DNA of 38,375 nucleotides from Abditibacteriaceae bacterium (GCA_031425655.1 JANPJS010000164.1:1-38375); one strand, 5' to 3'. Counted from the first letter of the stretch, positions 26,739-36,638 are shown. Made by a program: numbers and translations. Notes: generated by a model not told the origin, from the sequence alone.

Positions 26739-27608
26739 GTGCCGCCTTATTCTCCAACACAGTCAAAACTTTCCCCCAGCCAATTACTTCGTGTCAGCCG
26801 GCCCCGTTTCTGGATTTATCTTTTCGGCCCTTACATCGTGGGCCTTGCCGCCGGAGCGCAAAAGCTCGACGATTTCTTCGGTTGGCCGCTACTCGTTTTT
26901 GCGCTTTATTTTACGCTGCCGGCCAACCTTCTCGTTTACGGCGTCAACGATATTTTCGATTACGAAACCGACCGAGATAACGCCAAAAAAACCGGCTACG
27001 AAAGTCTGGTGCCGCCCGATCAACGCACCTCGCTCTGGACGGCGATTGCGTTTTGCAATCTGCCGTTTCTGCCTGCGCTGGCCTTTCTTTCGCCGGCGGC
27101 GATGCTGGCGTTTTTCGGCTTCGCGCTCTGCGGTGTTTTCTACTCGGCGCCGCCACGTTTCAAAACCAAACCACTGCTCGATTCCACCTCGAACGTGCTT
27201 TATATTTTCCCCGGCGTTTTGGCTTTCTATTTAGCCGGCGGAAGAACACTTTCGCCATCACTTTTTGGTGCCGCGTGGTGCTGGGCAATGGCCATGCACG
27301 CTTATTCCGCCGTTCCCGACATCACTGCCGACAAAAATAATGGCTTGCACACTGTCGCCACATTTCTCGGTTTTCGCAGCACCCTTTTGCTTTGTCTGGC
27401 CCTTTATTTAGCGGCGGCTTTTCTTTCCTTTTCAACATTGGGCGCTTTATCCATCGCGCTGGGCGCTATTTACGCCGGTCTCATGCTTTTTTCGTTAACG
27501 CGGCGCGATGAACAGCAGTTACTTCGCGTTTACCGGTTTTTTCCACTCGTCAACACCGCGTGCGGCGCCGCCTTGTTTTTCGCGGCCTGCGGGCGCAAGT
27601 TCTTCTAA
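26739..27608 (+). CDS. lyeJ: UbiA-family prenyltransferase, lycopene elongase LyeJ/CrtEb type
   Basis: SRPRFWIY, YGVNDIFDYETD, YSAPP.RFK..P.LDS.SN and AVPDI.AD...GL.T.A; carotenoid cluster context. Confidence 0.82.
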   Translation: MPPYSPTQSKLSPSQLLRVSRPRFWIYLFGPYIVGLAAGAQKLDDFFGWPLLVFALYFTLPANLLVYGVNDIFDYETDRDNAKKTGYESLVPPDQRTSLWTAIAFCNLPFLPALAFLSPAAMLAFFGFALCGVFYSAPPRFKTKPLLDSTSNVLYIFPGVLAFYLAGGRTLSPSLFGAAWCWAMAMHAYSAVPDITADKNNGLHTVATFLGFRSTLLLCLALYLAAAFLSFSTLGALSIALGAIYAGLMLFSLTRRDEQQLLRVYRFFPLVNTACGAALFFAACGRKFF

Positions 27609-27609
27609 T

Positions 27610-29124
27610 TTACAGCGTTGATAAATGCCCTGCCGATTTATCGCCGATAATGCGTTTATAAGCCAATTCGGCGCTGATAAGGCAAATCGGCATTCCGATT
27701 CCGGGATTGGTGTTGGCGCCGACATAAAATAGATTCGTCAGTTTTTTGCTCTTGTTATTAGGCCGCAGAATCGCCGTTTGATTGATGGTGTGCGCTAATC
27801 CCAACGCTGAGCCTTGCAGGTTGTTGTAGCGTTCCCGAAAATCACGGCCCCAGAATACGCGGCGATAAACAATTCGCTCGCGCAAATTCGGAATATTCAG
27901 TTCGCGCTCCAGTGTATCCAGCGTTTTTTCGGCGACGCGTTCAAGCTGCTCCGGCGTTGCTTCCAAACCGGGCGCGACCGGCACCAAAACGAATAGATTT
28001 TCCTGTCCCGGTGGCGCCACACCTTCATCGCTGACGCTGGGCGCGCACACGTAAATAGAAGGGTCGGTCGGCCAACACGGCGTATCGAATATCTCGGCGA
28101 AATTCGCTTTCCAATCCTGCGAAAAAATCAAATTATGATGCGCGATGCCCGGCACTTTGTCTTTAAGTCCAAGATATAAAATAAACGCCGAAGGCGCTAA
28201 AGTGCGCGTTTCCCAATAGCGTTTTGAATGGCTGCGATGCGGTTTTCCCAATAATTTGCTTTCGGTGTGATGAATATTCGAGTTCGCCACGATTAAATCG
28301 GCGGAATATTCGGCACCGTTTTCCAATCGCACACCGCGCGCCTTGCGGTTTCGTCCCGTTAAAATGCGCTCGACGGGCGCATCGGTGAAATATTCAACGC
28401 CCAATTTCTCGCCGATATTTCGCAGCGCTTTCACGATTTCATAGATGCCGCCGCGCGGATAAAACACGCCCATATTAAAATCTATATGGCTCATGATGTT
28501 ATAAAGCGCGGGCGTGTTATAAGGCGAGCTGCCCAAAAAAACCAGTTGATATTCCATGATTTTCTGGACTTCATCGGTCGAGAAATACTTCGCCACATAA
28601 TCGCTCATGCGCGCGAAAACTTCCAATTTACGGCCTTCAGTTGCGACCTGTTTATTGAAAAAATCGAAAACCGTATCGTAATTTTTATACATAAAACCGC
28701 CCAGCGCGATTTCGTATTGGTTTTTCGATTTCTCCAGATATTCTTTTAATTTATCGCCGGAACCGGCCTCGATTTCTTCAAAGGTCGCCAAATCGCGCCT
28801 TAAATCAGAATAAAAATCGTAATGACGGCCCGTATCCTTGAAGTGAATGCGATAGGAAGGCGAAAGCCGGATTAAATCGAGATGATCTTCGACGCGTTCG
28901 CCGATGAGCGAAAAAAAGCTCTCGAAGACATCGGGCATCAAATACCACGACGGCCCCATGTCGAAAGTGAAACCTTGTGCCGAAAACGTGTTGGCAACGC
29001 CGCCCAACGTGTCGTTTTTTTCAAATAATTGAACGGCGTAGCCTTTTTTGGCCAGCAAACACGCTGTCGCCAGACCGCCGATGCCGCCACCAATAATAGC
29101 GGCTTTATTCGTTCCTTCAATCAC
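27610..29124 (-). CDS. crtI: Phytoene desaturase family protein (CrtI, or CrtD-like)
   Basis: IIGGGIGGL FAD motif, FDMGPSWYLMPDVF and PGIGMPICLISA. Confidence 0.9.
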   Translation of the reverse strand: MIEGTNKAAIIGGGIGGLATACLLAKKGYAVQLFEKNDTLGGVANTFSAQGFTFDMGPSWYLMPDVFESFFSLIGERVEDHLDLIRLSPSYRIHFKDTGRHYDFYSDLRRDLATFEEIEAGSGDKLKEYLEKSKNQYEIALGGFMYKNYDTVFDFFNKQVATEGRKLEVFARMSDYVAKYFSTDEVQKIMEYQLVFLGSSPYNTPALYNIMSHIDFNMGVFYPRGGIYEIVKALRNIGEKLGVEYFTDAPVERILTGRNRKARGVRLENGAEYSADLIVANSNIHHTESKLLGKPHRSHSKRYWETRTLAPSAFILYLGLKDKVPGIAHHNLIFSQDWKANFAEIFDTPCWPTDPSIYVCAPSVSDEGVAPPGQENLFVLVPVAPGLEATPEQLERVAEKTLDTLERELNIPNLRERIVYRRVFWGRDFRERYNNLQGSALGLAHTINQTAILRPNNKSKKLTNLFYVGANTNPGIGMPICLISAELAYKRIIGDKSAGHLSTL

Positions 29125-30019
29125 GATTTTCTCTCCACGCGCCCACCGTCAGCGCCAGTTTTTCCGGCAAAGTTGTGCGCGCCCGTCCTGCAAACACATC
29201 CCATTCGCGCGCTTCCAGTTTGTCTAAGATTGCGCGATAAAGCGTGCCGGCCAGGCGCACCGGCAAGCGACCTTCGGGCGCCAGCATCGGGACGCCTAAA
29301 TTCGATTCGTTATAAAGCGTGTGCGCCCGCTTCGCTTGAAATCGCGCGAACTCGGCAAAGCGGCTCGAAAACCGTCTTGCAGCAATGTCTTCTTCACTCA
29401 AGCCGAAACGTGCGAGTTCATCTAACGGCATATAAATTCGCCCGCGCTCTATGAAATCTTCGTCAATATCGCGCAGAAAATTCGTGAGCTGCATCGCGTA
29501 GCCAAGCTGCGCCGCGTGATGCAAAGCGCGTTCGTCGCTGAAACCGACAACGTGCGTCATCATCAATCCGACGACCGCTGCCGAACCATACATATAGTTT
29601 TCCAACTCGGCGTAGTCGGCGTAACGCGTCTTTTCCAAATCGCTTTCCATCGCCGCTAAAAAGCTTTCGCTGTGCTCGAAGGGAACTGCATAGCGATGGA
29701 AAACATAAGACGTGACGCGCAAAATCGGGTCTTCCGAATCGCCATCGCGGTAGGCGCGCTCCCAATTTCGGCGCCATAAATCCAGTCGGCGCCGCACTTC
29801 CAGCGCTTCCTCGACATCTTGCGGCGCGGCACTGTCTACGATTTCATCGGGCACGCGAAAAAACGCGTAAAGCGCATACGTCGCCAATCGCGTTTCGCGT
29901 GGGAAGAGTTGCGACGCGAAATAATAACTCGTGCCGTGCTTGCGATGCAAGCGCCGCGCAATCTCAAAATCCGGCAGCAATTCTTTCGGATGCTCGATAG
30001 TCTCGCTTATAGTTTTCAT
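29117..30019 (-). CDS. crtB: Phytoene synthase
   Basis: LYAFFR.PDEIVD, YMYGSAAVVG and MQLTNFLRDIDED...GRIYMP motifs. Confidence 0.95.
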   Translation of the reverse strand: MKTISETIEHPKELLPDFEIARRLHRKHGTSYYFASQLFPRETRLATYALYAFFRVPDEIVDSAAPQDVEEALEVRRRLDLWRRNWERAYRDGDSEDPILRVTSYVFHRYAVPFEHSESFLAAMESDLEKTRYADYAELENYMYGSAAVVGLMMTHVVGFSDERALHHAAQLGYAMQLTNFLRDIDEDFIERGRIYMPLDELARFGLSEEDIAARRFSSRFAEFARFQAKRAHTLYNESNLGVPMLAPEGRLPVRLAGTLYRAILDKLEAREWDVFAGRARTTLPEKLALTVGAWRENRD

Positions 30020-31176
30020 GAGGGCCGCCTTTGCATCAGCATAAGTAATTCTTCAAACGCGCCGCGATGGCGCGCCGGCACCGGCGATTGCTCCAGCAAC
30101 ATTTGGGCGCGCTTCAAATGTCGTTCGATGTCGGCGCGCCCTCGCGCTAAAGCGCCCGATGCTTCAAATACGCTCAAAACCCGGCAGCGGTCGGCAGGCG
30201 TGAGATCGGCGCCCAATAAATCGCGCAGTTGCTCGCATTGGGCAGGCGTGCCGCACTCGAAAACGTATTGCGTGAAATAAGTGTGCTGCCCTTCACGCAA
30301 ATCCGCGAACAGAGTTTTACGCGTGGTTTGAGGCGTGCCCGTCAGGTCAAGCAAATCATCCTGAATCTGAAAAGCAAGCCCGACCGCAAGGCCGAATTCG
30401 TGACAGAATTTTTCGGCCTCCACGCCGCGTCCGGCTAATGCGGCGCCGATTTGCAGAGGACGAATAAACGTGTAAGACGCGGTTTTCAAGAGCATTTTCT
30501 GCTCAATATCCGCGAAAGTCACGGTTTCGCGCGCCATCATGTCCACATCCAACATTTCGCCCAAAACCACTTCGTCAACCATGCGCGAAAAGTATCGCCG
30601 CGCACAGTTATGCGCCGCGCCCTCGAAATCACGATTGGCATGAAACGCTTCCTGCGCCCAGCCGAACAGCATATCACCTAATAATAGCGCTTGCGCTTGA
30701 CCGATGCGCTCGGCGTCGCACGAAAAATCCTGCTTTCCAAGATGTGCGGCGACGGCGCGCTGAACTGTCGGCAAGCCGTGTCGCTCCGTCCCGTTATCAA
30801 TAATGTCGTCGTGAATCAGACAAAACAAATGAAACAATTCCAGCGAAACCAATAAGCGCATCACCTTCGGGTCGTCGTGTCCGCCCAAAGCGCGATACAT
30901 CAAATACGCCGCATAGGGTCGCACGCGTTTACCACGCGCCGACGCCATGCGCCGAGGGTAATCGCATAGCAGTTCCAGCGATGGGGCCGCGCCAGACAGC
31001 GCGAAACTCTGCGTCTTTTCAGCAATGAATTGCTCCAAAGGCGCCTGAAAATGCTGTTGAAACGCGCCGAGATCGAGCAACGTATGCTCGCGCGCCTTCG
31101 GCCTGTAGGAAGACGACACGCGCACAGGCCACACGATTCCCAGTGCCGGCTTCATAAACGCAAGAGCAGTTTTCAT
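30016..31176 (-). CDS. crtE: Polyprenyl (geranylgeranyl) diphosphate synthase
   Basis: GKRVRP, LIHDDIID...RHG, KTASY and FQIQDDLLD; GAGGAG RBS ahead of ATG 31176. Confidence 0.9.
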   Translation of the reverse strand: MKTALAFMKPALGIVWPVRVSSSYRPKAREHTLLDLGAFQQHFQAPLEQFIAEKTQSFALSGAAPSLELLCDYPRRMASARGKRVRPYAAYLMYRALGGHDDPKVMRLLVSLELFHLFCLIHDDIIDNGTERHGLPTVQRAVAAHLGKQDFSCDAERIGQAQALLLGDMLFGWAQEAFHANRDFEGAAHNCARRYFSRMVDEVVLGEMLDVDMMARETVTFADIEQKMLLKTASYTFIRPLQIGAALAGRGVEAEKFCHEFGLAVGLAFQIQDDLLDLTGTPQTTRKTLFADLREGQHTYFTQYVFECGTPAQCEQLRDLLGADLTPADRCRVLSVFEASGALARGRADIERHLKRAQMLLEQSPVPARHRGAFEELLMLMQRRPS

Positions 31177-31219
31177 AATGGAGGCCACTCCTCAAATAAA
31201 CTTTTCGCCTCGCACTAAT

Positions 31220-31263
31220 ATCTTAGACTTATTTATGACGACTTGTCAACAAAACTTAGACAA
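31220..31263 (-). promoter_or_regulatory. crt promoter (TTGACA-N18-TAAGAT) overlapped by four 11-bp direct repeats (CarH/LitR-like operator)
   Basis: Plus-strand units ATCTTAGACTT, ATTTATGACGA, CTTGTCAACAA and AACTTAGACAA; -35 at 31244-31249. Confidence 0.65.
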
Positions 31264-31299
31264 AGCAGCAATTTTGCTTATTTCCTCGGTAACGCGGCA

Positions 31300-31336
31300 A
31301 AGAAGAGCCGGGCGCTGTTTTAGCGCCCGGTTTTTT
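31300..31336. terminator. Intrinsic terminator hairpin downstream of yyaL
   Basis: GCCGGGCGCT-GTTTT-AGCGCCCGGT with a T run on plus and a pyrimidine-rich run on minus. Confidence 0.7.
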
Positions 31337-31349
31337 CAATCTTTCCAAT

Positions 31350-33530
31350 TTAGTCGCTGCCGCCTTCGAGAAGGGCTTTTTCTAATTCTTCGGCGCTTGT
31401 CACGGGTTGGCGACAGGCGAAGTTGCGGCACACATAAGCCGCCGCCTTGCCGTTTATTGGCTTCATCTCGGCGATCCAACCGGCGCGGCGCGATAGTTCG
31501 GCGTGCGCCGCGCCGCCATCGGCCAAAACTACGGTTTTATAAGGAATGAAAGCCGAATGCAGAACGCGCAGTAAAGCGCGCGTGTCGTCGGCATTTGGCT
31601 CTCCGGCGATAACGATGTGCAAAGGCGGCGACGCGGCGAAAATCGCCGCCGACACCATTGCCGGAAGCGCGCTGGGAACTTGCATCAAGCGCGACGAAAA
31701 AGCGTGCAAAGTGGCCACACCCGGCGCGCGAAAATCGTCGTCGTCGAACAACTGCGCGAGGCGCAAATTGGCTAACGCGGCCAGCGACGAAGCCGACGGT
31801 TCGGCGCCGTCATAATCTTCTTTCAGGCGCACTAAAATGTCGGACGATGGCGCGCCATCGAAATACGCGCCGCCGTTGGTATCGAAGAACTGCTCGTTAA
31901 GCGTTCGCAAAACCGCCTCGGCCCACCACAGAGTTTCGTTGTCGAACCCGGCTTCAAATAAATCGAGCAGACCGAGCGAGAGAAAAGCGTAATCGGCGGC
32001 GAAACCGGGCACGTTGGCCGGGCCGTTCATCCAATGGCGGCGCAGCGTGGCGGCGCTTTCGTCCCACAATTCGGCGCGAATGAAAGCGGCGGCGCGGCGC
32101 GCGGCGTTGAGATATTTTTCGTCGTCCAAAACTTGCGCGGCGCGTGCGAAAGCCGAAATCATCAGGCCGTTCCACGCCACGATGATTTTCTCGTCGCGGT
32201 GCGGGCGCGGACGCGTCGCGCGCACTTGCATCAGCTTTTCGCGGCTGCGTGCTAAAACTTCTTCGACTTCGCCCGCGCTGCGTTCAAAATGCGCCGCGAT
32301 GGTTTCAAGTGACCCGGCGCGGTAAAGGATATTCTTGCCTTTAAACTCGCCATGCGGATCGCCCTGCGAAGGCGCGTTGCCTTCGGGTTTCACGCCGTAA
32401 TAAGCGCAAAACAGTGGCGCGTCTTCGCCTAAAACATCTTCGAGTTCCTGCCAAGTCCAAACGTAAAAAGCGCCTTCTTTCTTCAGGGATGAGGGATGAG
32501 GGATGAGGGCGGAATTTTCATCCCTCATCCCTCCGCCCTCATCCCTTTCCGCGCTGTCGGCGTCTTCGGCGGCGAAAAAGCCGCCGTTTTCGTGTGTCAT
32601 GTCACGCAGCACATAATCTAAGGTGTCGCGCGCAATTTGCGCGTGAAACTCGTCGCCCGTGAGCTGAAACATTTCCAGATGCGCGTTCACCAGTTGAGCT
32701 TGATCGTAGAGCATTTTTTCGAAATGCGAGACAATCCACGCCGAGTCCACGCTGTAACGATGGAATCCGCCGCCTAACTGGTCGTTCATGCCGCCTAAAG
32801 CCATCGCGCGCAGGGTTTGGCGCGACATCTCAACGGCTTCTTCCGGCCCGCCCGCTGTGAAATGGCGATGCAGAAAATCGTGCGTGACCGGACGTGGAAA
32901 CTTCGGCGCATCGCCAAAACCGCCCAAATGCGCGTCGTAAGTGCCGGCGATTTGCTGATAACAGCGCGCGGCAATTTCGTCCCACGGCAGCTTGACGAAT
33001 TCGGTTTCGCCCTTCGCTTCAGCCATTTCGCGTAGCGCACTCGCCACGCTTTCTCCCGATTGCAAGACGTTGGCGCGGTCACTTGTCCAAGCGTGCGCTA
33101 TGTGACGCAGCAAAGTTACAAAACCGGGGCGCCCGTAAGCGTCCATCGGCGGAAAGTAGGTGCCGCCGTAAAACGGCTTGAGATCGGGCGTGAGAAAAAC
33201 CGACATCGGCCAGCCGCCCTGCCCGCCCGATGCGTGCTGCACGAACGTCATGTAAATGCGGTCAATATCGGGCCGTTCTTCGCGGTCAACCTTGATATTC
33301 ACGAAATGTTCGTTCATCACCTGCGCGACAGCTTCGTTTTCAAAGCTTTCGCGCTCCATAACGTGGCACCAGTGACAAGTCGAATAGCCGACCGAAAGGA
33401 AAATCGGCTTGTCTTCGTGCCGCGCACGGTCAAAGGCGGCCTCGCCCCACGGCAGCCATTCGACGGGATTGTGTGCGTGCTGCAAAAGATACGGGCTTTT
33501 CTCGCCCGTGAGTTGGTTGGTATGTTTCAT
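31350..33530 (-). CDS. yyaL: YyaL/DUF255 thioredoxin-domain protein with an (alpha/alpha)6 barrel
   Basis: [54 protein letters not shown]...EGAFY and AYVC.NFAC motifs. Confidence 0.95.
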   Translation of the reverse strand: MKHTNQLTGEKSPYLLQHAHNPVEWLPWGEAAFDRARHEDKPIFLSVGYSTCHWCHVMERESFENEAVAQVMNEHFVNIKVDREERPDIDRIYMTFVQHASGGQGGWPMSVFLTPDLKPFYGGTYFPPMDAYGRPGFVTLLRHIAHAWTSDRANVLQSGESVASALREMAEAKGETEFVKLPWDEIAARCYQQIAGTYDAHLGGFGDAPKFPRPVTHDFLHRHFTAGGPEEAVEMSRQTLRAMALGGMNDQLGGGFHRYSVDSAWIVSHFEKMLYDQAQLVNAHLEMFQLTGDEFHAQIARDTLDYVLRDMTHENGGFFAAEDADSAERDEGGGMRDENSALIPHPSSLKKEGAFYVWTWQELEDVLGEDAPLFCAYYGVKPEGNAPSQGDPHGEFKGKNILYRAGSLETIAAHFERSAGEVEEVLARSREKLMQVRATRPRPHRDEKIIVAWNGLMISAFARAAQVLDDEKYLNAARRAAAFIRAELWDESAATLRRHWMNGPANVPGFAADYAFLSLGLLDLFEAGFDNETLWWAEAVLRTLNEQFFDTNGGAYFDGAPSSDILVRLKEDYDGAEPSASSLAALANLRLAQLFDDDDFRAPGVATLHAFSSRLMQVPSALPAMVSAAIFAASPPLHIVIAGEPNADDTRALLRVLHSAFIPYKTVVLADGGAAHAELSRRAGWIAEMKPINGKAAAYVCRNFACRQPVTSAEELEKALLEGGSD
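32485..32546. repeat. Heptamer tandem-repeat palindrome inserted in frame within yyaL
   Basis: AGGGATG x3, AGGGCGG, then CATCCCT/CCGCCCT units; same units as 6663-6773. Confidence 0.88.
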
Positions 33531-33615
33531 AAATCTCGCTTTGGGTGTAGCAGGTCAGCGCGCGGGGCGCTTTATGTGCCGAAAGATTGCGATATGCTTT
33601 GCTTGAAGGAACACC

Positions 33616-34290
33616 ATGAAAAGACTCCAATTTGCTTTATGGCTTGTGCTGGTCGGAAGCGTCGCGGCGCCGCGCGCCGTCCAAGCGCAGTCAGCCGCCG
33701 AATACCCGGACGTGCCGCGCGGAAACTGGGCTTACGACGGCATGAGAAAGCTGATTCAAGCCGGCATTCTCGACCATAGCCTTTTCGATACGTATAGCGG
33801 CCCTTTGACAGTAACTCGCTTGGAATTCGCACGGGACATCGCACGCATTCCAAGTGAGCAGCTATTATACCCCGATGTCCCGCGCAAGCATTGGGCTTTT
33901 GAGGCGGTTGACCGTATCTCAAGCGCCGGTCTCGTGGAAGGACATCCCGATGGCCTCTTCCGAGGTGACCAACCATTGACTCGTTACGAATTTCCGGTGG
34001 CGATTATTCGGATGATAGGGGGTCATTATATTGAAGGAAGCAGGCCTCAATTCCGATGGAAGTCGCTGGATGAACTGGAAAAGGACAGGCTGTTCTCTGT
34101 CACTCGCAGCACCGATGTGCCACGCGGCCATTATGCTTATGAAGCGGTGCAATTGGTGCAGCGACTGGGAATCATGCAAGGCAATTCGCAACAGCAATTT
34201 TTAGGGGATAAACCCCTGACCCGCTACGAATACGCGATGGCAGCGCGACGATTTTGGACTTTGCTCCGGGCGATGCGTGTTCCTCAATAA
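33616..34290 (+). CDS. Secreted protein with three S-layer homology (SLH) domains
   Basis: Signal peptide; three DVPR..(W/Y)A(Y/F) ... TR(L/Y)E(F/Y) repeats. Confidence 0.88.
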   Translation: MKRLQFALWLVLVGSVAAPRAVQAQSAAEYPDVPRGNWAYDGMRKLIQAGILDHSLFDTYSGPLTVTRLEFARDIARIPSEQLLYPDVPRKHWAFEAVDRISSAGLVEGHPDGLFRGDQPLTRYEFPVAIIRMIGGHYIEGSRPQFRWKSLDELEKDRLFSVTRSTDVPRGHYAYEAVQLVQRLGIMQGNSQQQFLGDKPLTRYEYAMAARRFWTLLRAMRVPQ

Positions 34291-34306
34291 TTCTGCGAAC
34301 CCAGCC

Positions 34307-35332
34307 TCATTTGATGCGCCACAGTTTGACGGTGCCGTCATCGCCGCCACTGGCGAGCGTCCGACTATCAGGGGAAAAGTCAAGCAAGCTCGTGTTTGGG
34401 GCAGGAATTCGACGCAAGAGATTGCCGGTCTTCATATCCCAAAGACCAACATCGGTCATTCCGACGGTTTGTCCAGCCAGAACACTGCAATCGGGTGAGA
34501 TGGAAACGGTGTAACGGCCATCAACCGGGTTACGAAAACTTTTCAGCGAAAACTCCCTGATTTTCAGGCCGCTCTTATAATTTGCAACGACGACCTTATT
34601 GAGGCGCGGATTGAACAAAAACAGACGCCCGTCCACAGTGCTGGCAACGGAAAAAATAAACTCTCGCATCAGACGATCCAACTTGAGCAGGCGCATTTTC
34701 TTCGTCTCAATGTCCCACAGTTGTAATCCTGCACCGGCAGGCTGTCCTCGCTCTTGCTCCCGGAAATAACTGACCAAAACCGTTTTTTTATCGGCTAACA
34801 TCCCAACATCACTTTGCACAGCGCTACCGCTCGGCTTTTGATTCAAGGGGAACAGCAACTTCGGCGAAGCCGCGCCAAAAACACTCCACGATGCTATCCA
34901 TTCCTGCTCGCCCGCCCCGGAAACGACGCCTAACCAGGTCTTCCCGTCAGGCGGGAAATTTAACCAAGCAGGCGTAAAACCGCTGGGCCACGCTATAAAT
35001 TTAAAGCGCTCCGGCAAGGCTGTGCCCTTGTCAGGCAGGTCATCGGCGGACACGATAAAACGCTCATTGCCCAGATAAGCAGGAACAAAGCCTTGATACA
35101 TCAACTTAAGCACGACACGCTTTGCGGCCACGTCCCAAACGTAAAATTCCTCCGAATCATCGGCCAGAATGTAACGGCCATCAACTGTGAACGACGCGGA
35201 AGACAAAGAGCCACCGGAGCCGGGAACAATAACCAATGTTTTCGGCGACAGTTCGTTACAAGCAGCGGCGAAGGCGAACAGCGCCAGCGGCACAGCGAGC
35301 AGCAGCGCGATTTTCCAAAAGCGTTTGTTCAT
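34307..35332 (-). CDS. Membrane-anchored WD40/beta-propeller protein
   Basis: N-terminal hydrophobic anchor; FSPDSRTLASGGDDGTVKLW and LWD repeats; ATGA overlap with the upstream paralog. Confidence 0.88.
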   Translation of the reverse strand: MNKRFWKIALLLAVPLALFAFAAACNELSPKTLVIVPGSGGSLSSASFTVDGRYILADDSEEFYVWDVAAKRVVLKLMYQGFVPAYLGNERFIVSADDLPDKGTALPERFKFIAWPSGFTPAWLNFPPDGKTWLGVVSGAGEQEWIASWSVFGAASPKLLFPLNQKPSGSAVQSDVGMLADKKTVLVSYFREQERGQPAGAGLQLWDIETKKMRLLKLDRLMREFIFSVASTVDGRLFLFNPRLNKVVVANYKSGLKIREFSLKSFRNPVDGRYTVSISPDCSVLAGQTVGMTDVGLWDMKTGNLLRRIPAPNTSLLDFSPDSRTLASGGDDGTVKLWRIK

Positions 35333-36261
35333 TTGATGCGCCACAGTTTGACGGTGTCTGTGAAGGCTACGGCTAATGTGCGGCCATCGGGGGAAAAAGC
35401 GAACTCCCAAGCAAAGTTTGGCAAATCTATTTGTCGAAGCCGCTGTCCACTCTCAATATCCCACAGGCTAATTTGGAAATCGCCCTTAAACATGGCGTGT
35501 GCTGCCAGCATTGTTCCGTCGGGCGACACTTTGAAGATCATTCTGCTGCCACGAGGCGAAATTACGGCAACAGAACCTTGCACCTTCCCTGTTGCGCAGT
35601 TCCAGATTTGCACCTTGCTGCCATCACTCAGCGCTATAAACATTGATGGGTTATACATTGGAGACGGGTTATGCATTGGATAAGTGACGTGGGTTTCCTG
35701 CGGAATCTTAAACCGCAGATTTCCTTTCAAATCCCAAATGTGCTTTTCGTCCGTCAGAGTCGCTTTGTCTGACATAATTCGGAGGCGACGATCGGGAACT
35801 TCCTGTAGACGCACATAAAGTTTTGGAGCGAGGTCGGAACGCCAGTTCCATCGAAAGAGGGCGCGGCTATGAACGTCATACAACTTCGCTAAAATAAGCG
35901 TTGATTGATCGGCCAAAACTCCTACAAGAACAAAGCTTTGAGGCACCCAAGTGACGATTTTCTTGTCCCGCACCGAAAGAATTTGCATAGAGTCGGCTAA
36001 ATATTTTCCGTTCTCGATTAAGGAACAGGGAAAACCCATTTCGAGGCTTGACGATGTGCTCGACGCAAGATCGCAAATATAGACTGGAGAACCCTCAAGG
36101 ATCAAGGTGCGGCCATCGGAAGAGAACTGAAGTTCGCTCGGTTCGACGGCTTCCGTTTTAATCGTCCGAGGCCGCCACGAATTATAATTGGCGATGGTGG
36201 CGAACAGCGCCAGCGGCACGGCGAGCAGCAGCGCGAATTTCCAGAAGCGGCGGCGTTTCAT
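35329..36261 (-). CDS. Membrane-anchored WD40/beta-propeller protein (paralog)
   Basis: Same anchor; FSSDGRTL, SPDGTMLA and FSPDGRTLA...TVKLWRIK. Confidence 0.88.
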   Translation of the reverse strand: MKRRRFWKFALLLAVPLALFATIANYNSWRPRTIKTEAVEPSELQFSSDGRTLILEGSPVYICDLASSTSSSLEMGFPCSLIENGKYLADSMQILSVRDKKIVTWVPQSFVLVGVLADQSTLILAKLYDVHSRALFRWNWRSDLAPKLYVRLQEVPDRRLRIMSDKATLTDEKHIWDLKGNLRFKIPQETHVTYPMHNPSPMYNPSMFIALSDGSKVQIWNCATGKVQGSVAVISPRGSRMIFKVSPDGTMLAAHAMFKGDFQISLWDIESGQRLRQIDLPNFAWEFAFSPDGRTLAVAFTDTVKLWRIK

Positions 36262-36323
36262 AAGCGTTAGTTTGGCGCTTTGTGTGCCGAAGGGTTACGG
36301 TATGCTTTGATTGGAGGAGAAAA

Positions 36324-36638
36324 ATGAAAATTATTCATCTGACGTTGGGCATAATGCTGGCCGGAGCTGCATTCGGACTCTCGGCGTCTTCGGCTATCGC
36401 GCAGCCTCAAAAACCGGAGTTCCCGGATGTGCCGCGCGATCACTGGGCTTACGAAGCCGTGAGCCGATTGGCCGCTGCTGGAATCATTGAAGGCTATCCA
36501 TCGGGCTATTTGCGCGGCCCTGAATCGCTACAGCGCCGCACTCGGTCGCCTCGCGCGCTGTTGAATTTGCCGCCCTTGCCTCGCTTTTCTTTGCGTCGGC
36601 CACAAAAGCCGCTTTTTGCCGATCAACACACTTTATGA
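36324..36638 (+). CDS. Small secreted protein with one partial SLH domain
   Basis: GGAGGAG RBS, signal peptide and FPDVPRDHWAYEAV..L...GIIEGYP; the closing TRYE motif is absent. Confidence 0.75.
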   Translation: MKIIHLTLGIMLAGAAFGLSASSAIAQPQKPEFPDVPRDHWAYEAVSRLAAAGIIEGYPSGYLRGPESLQRRTRSPRALLNLPPLPRFSLRRPQKPLFADQHTL

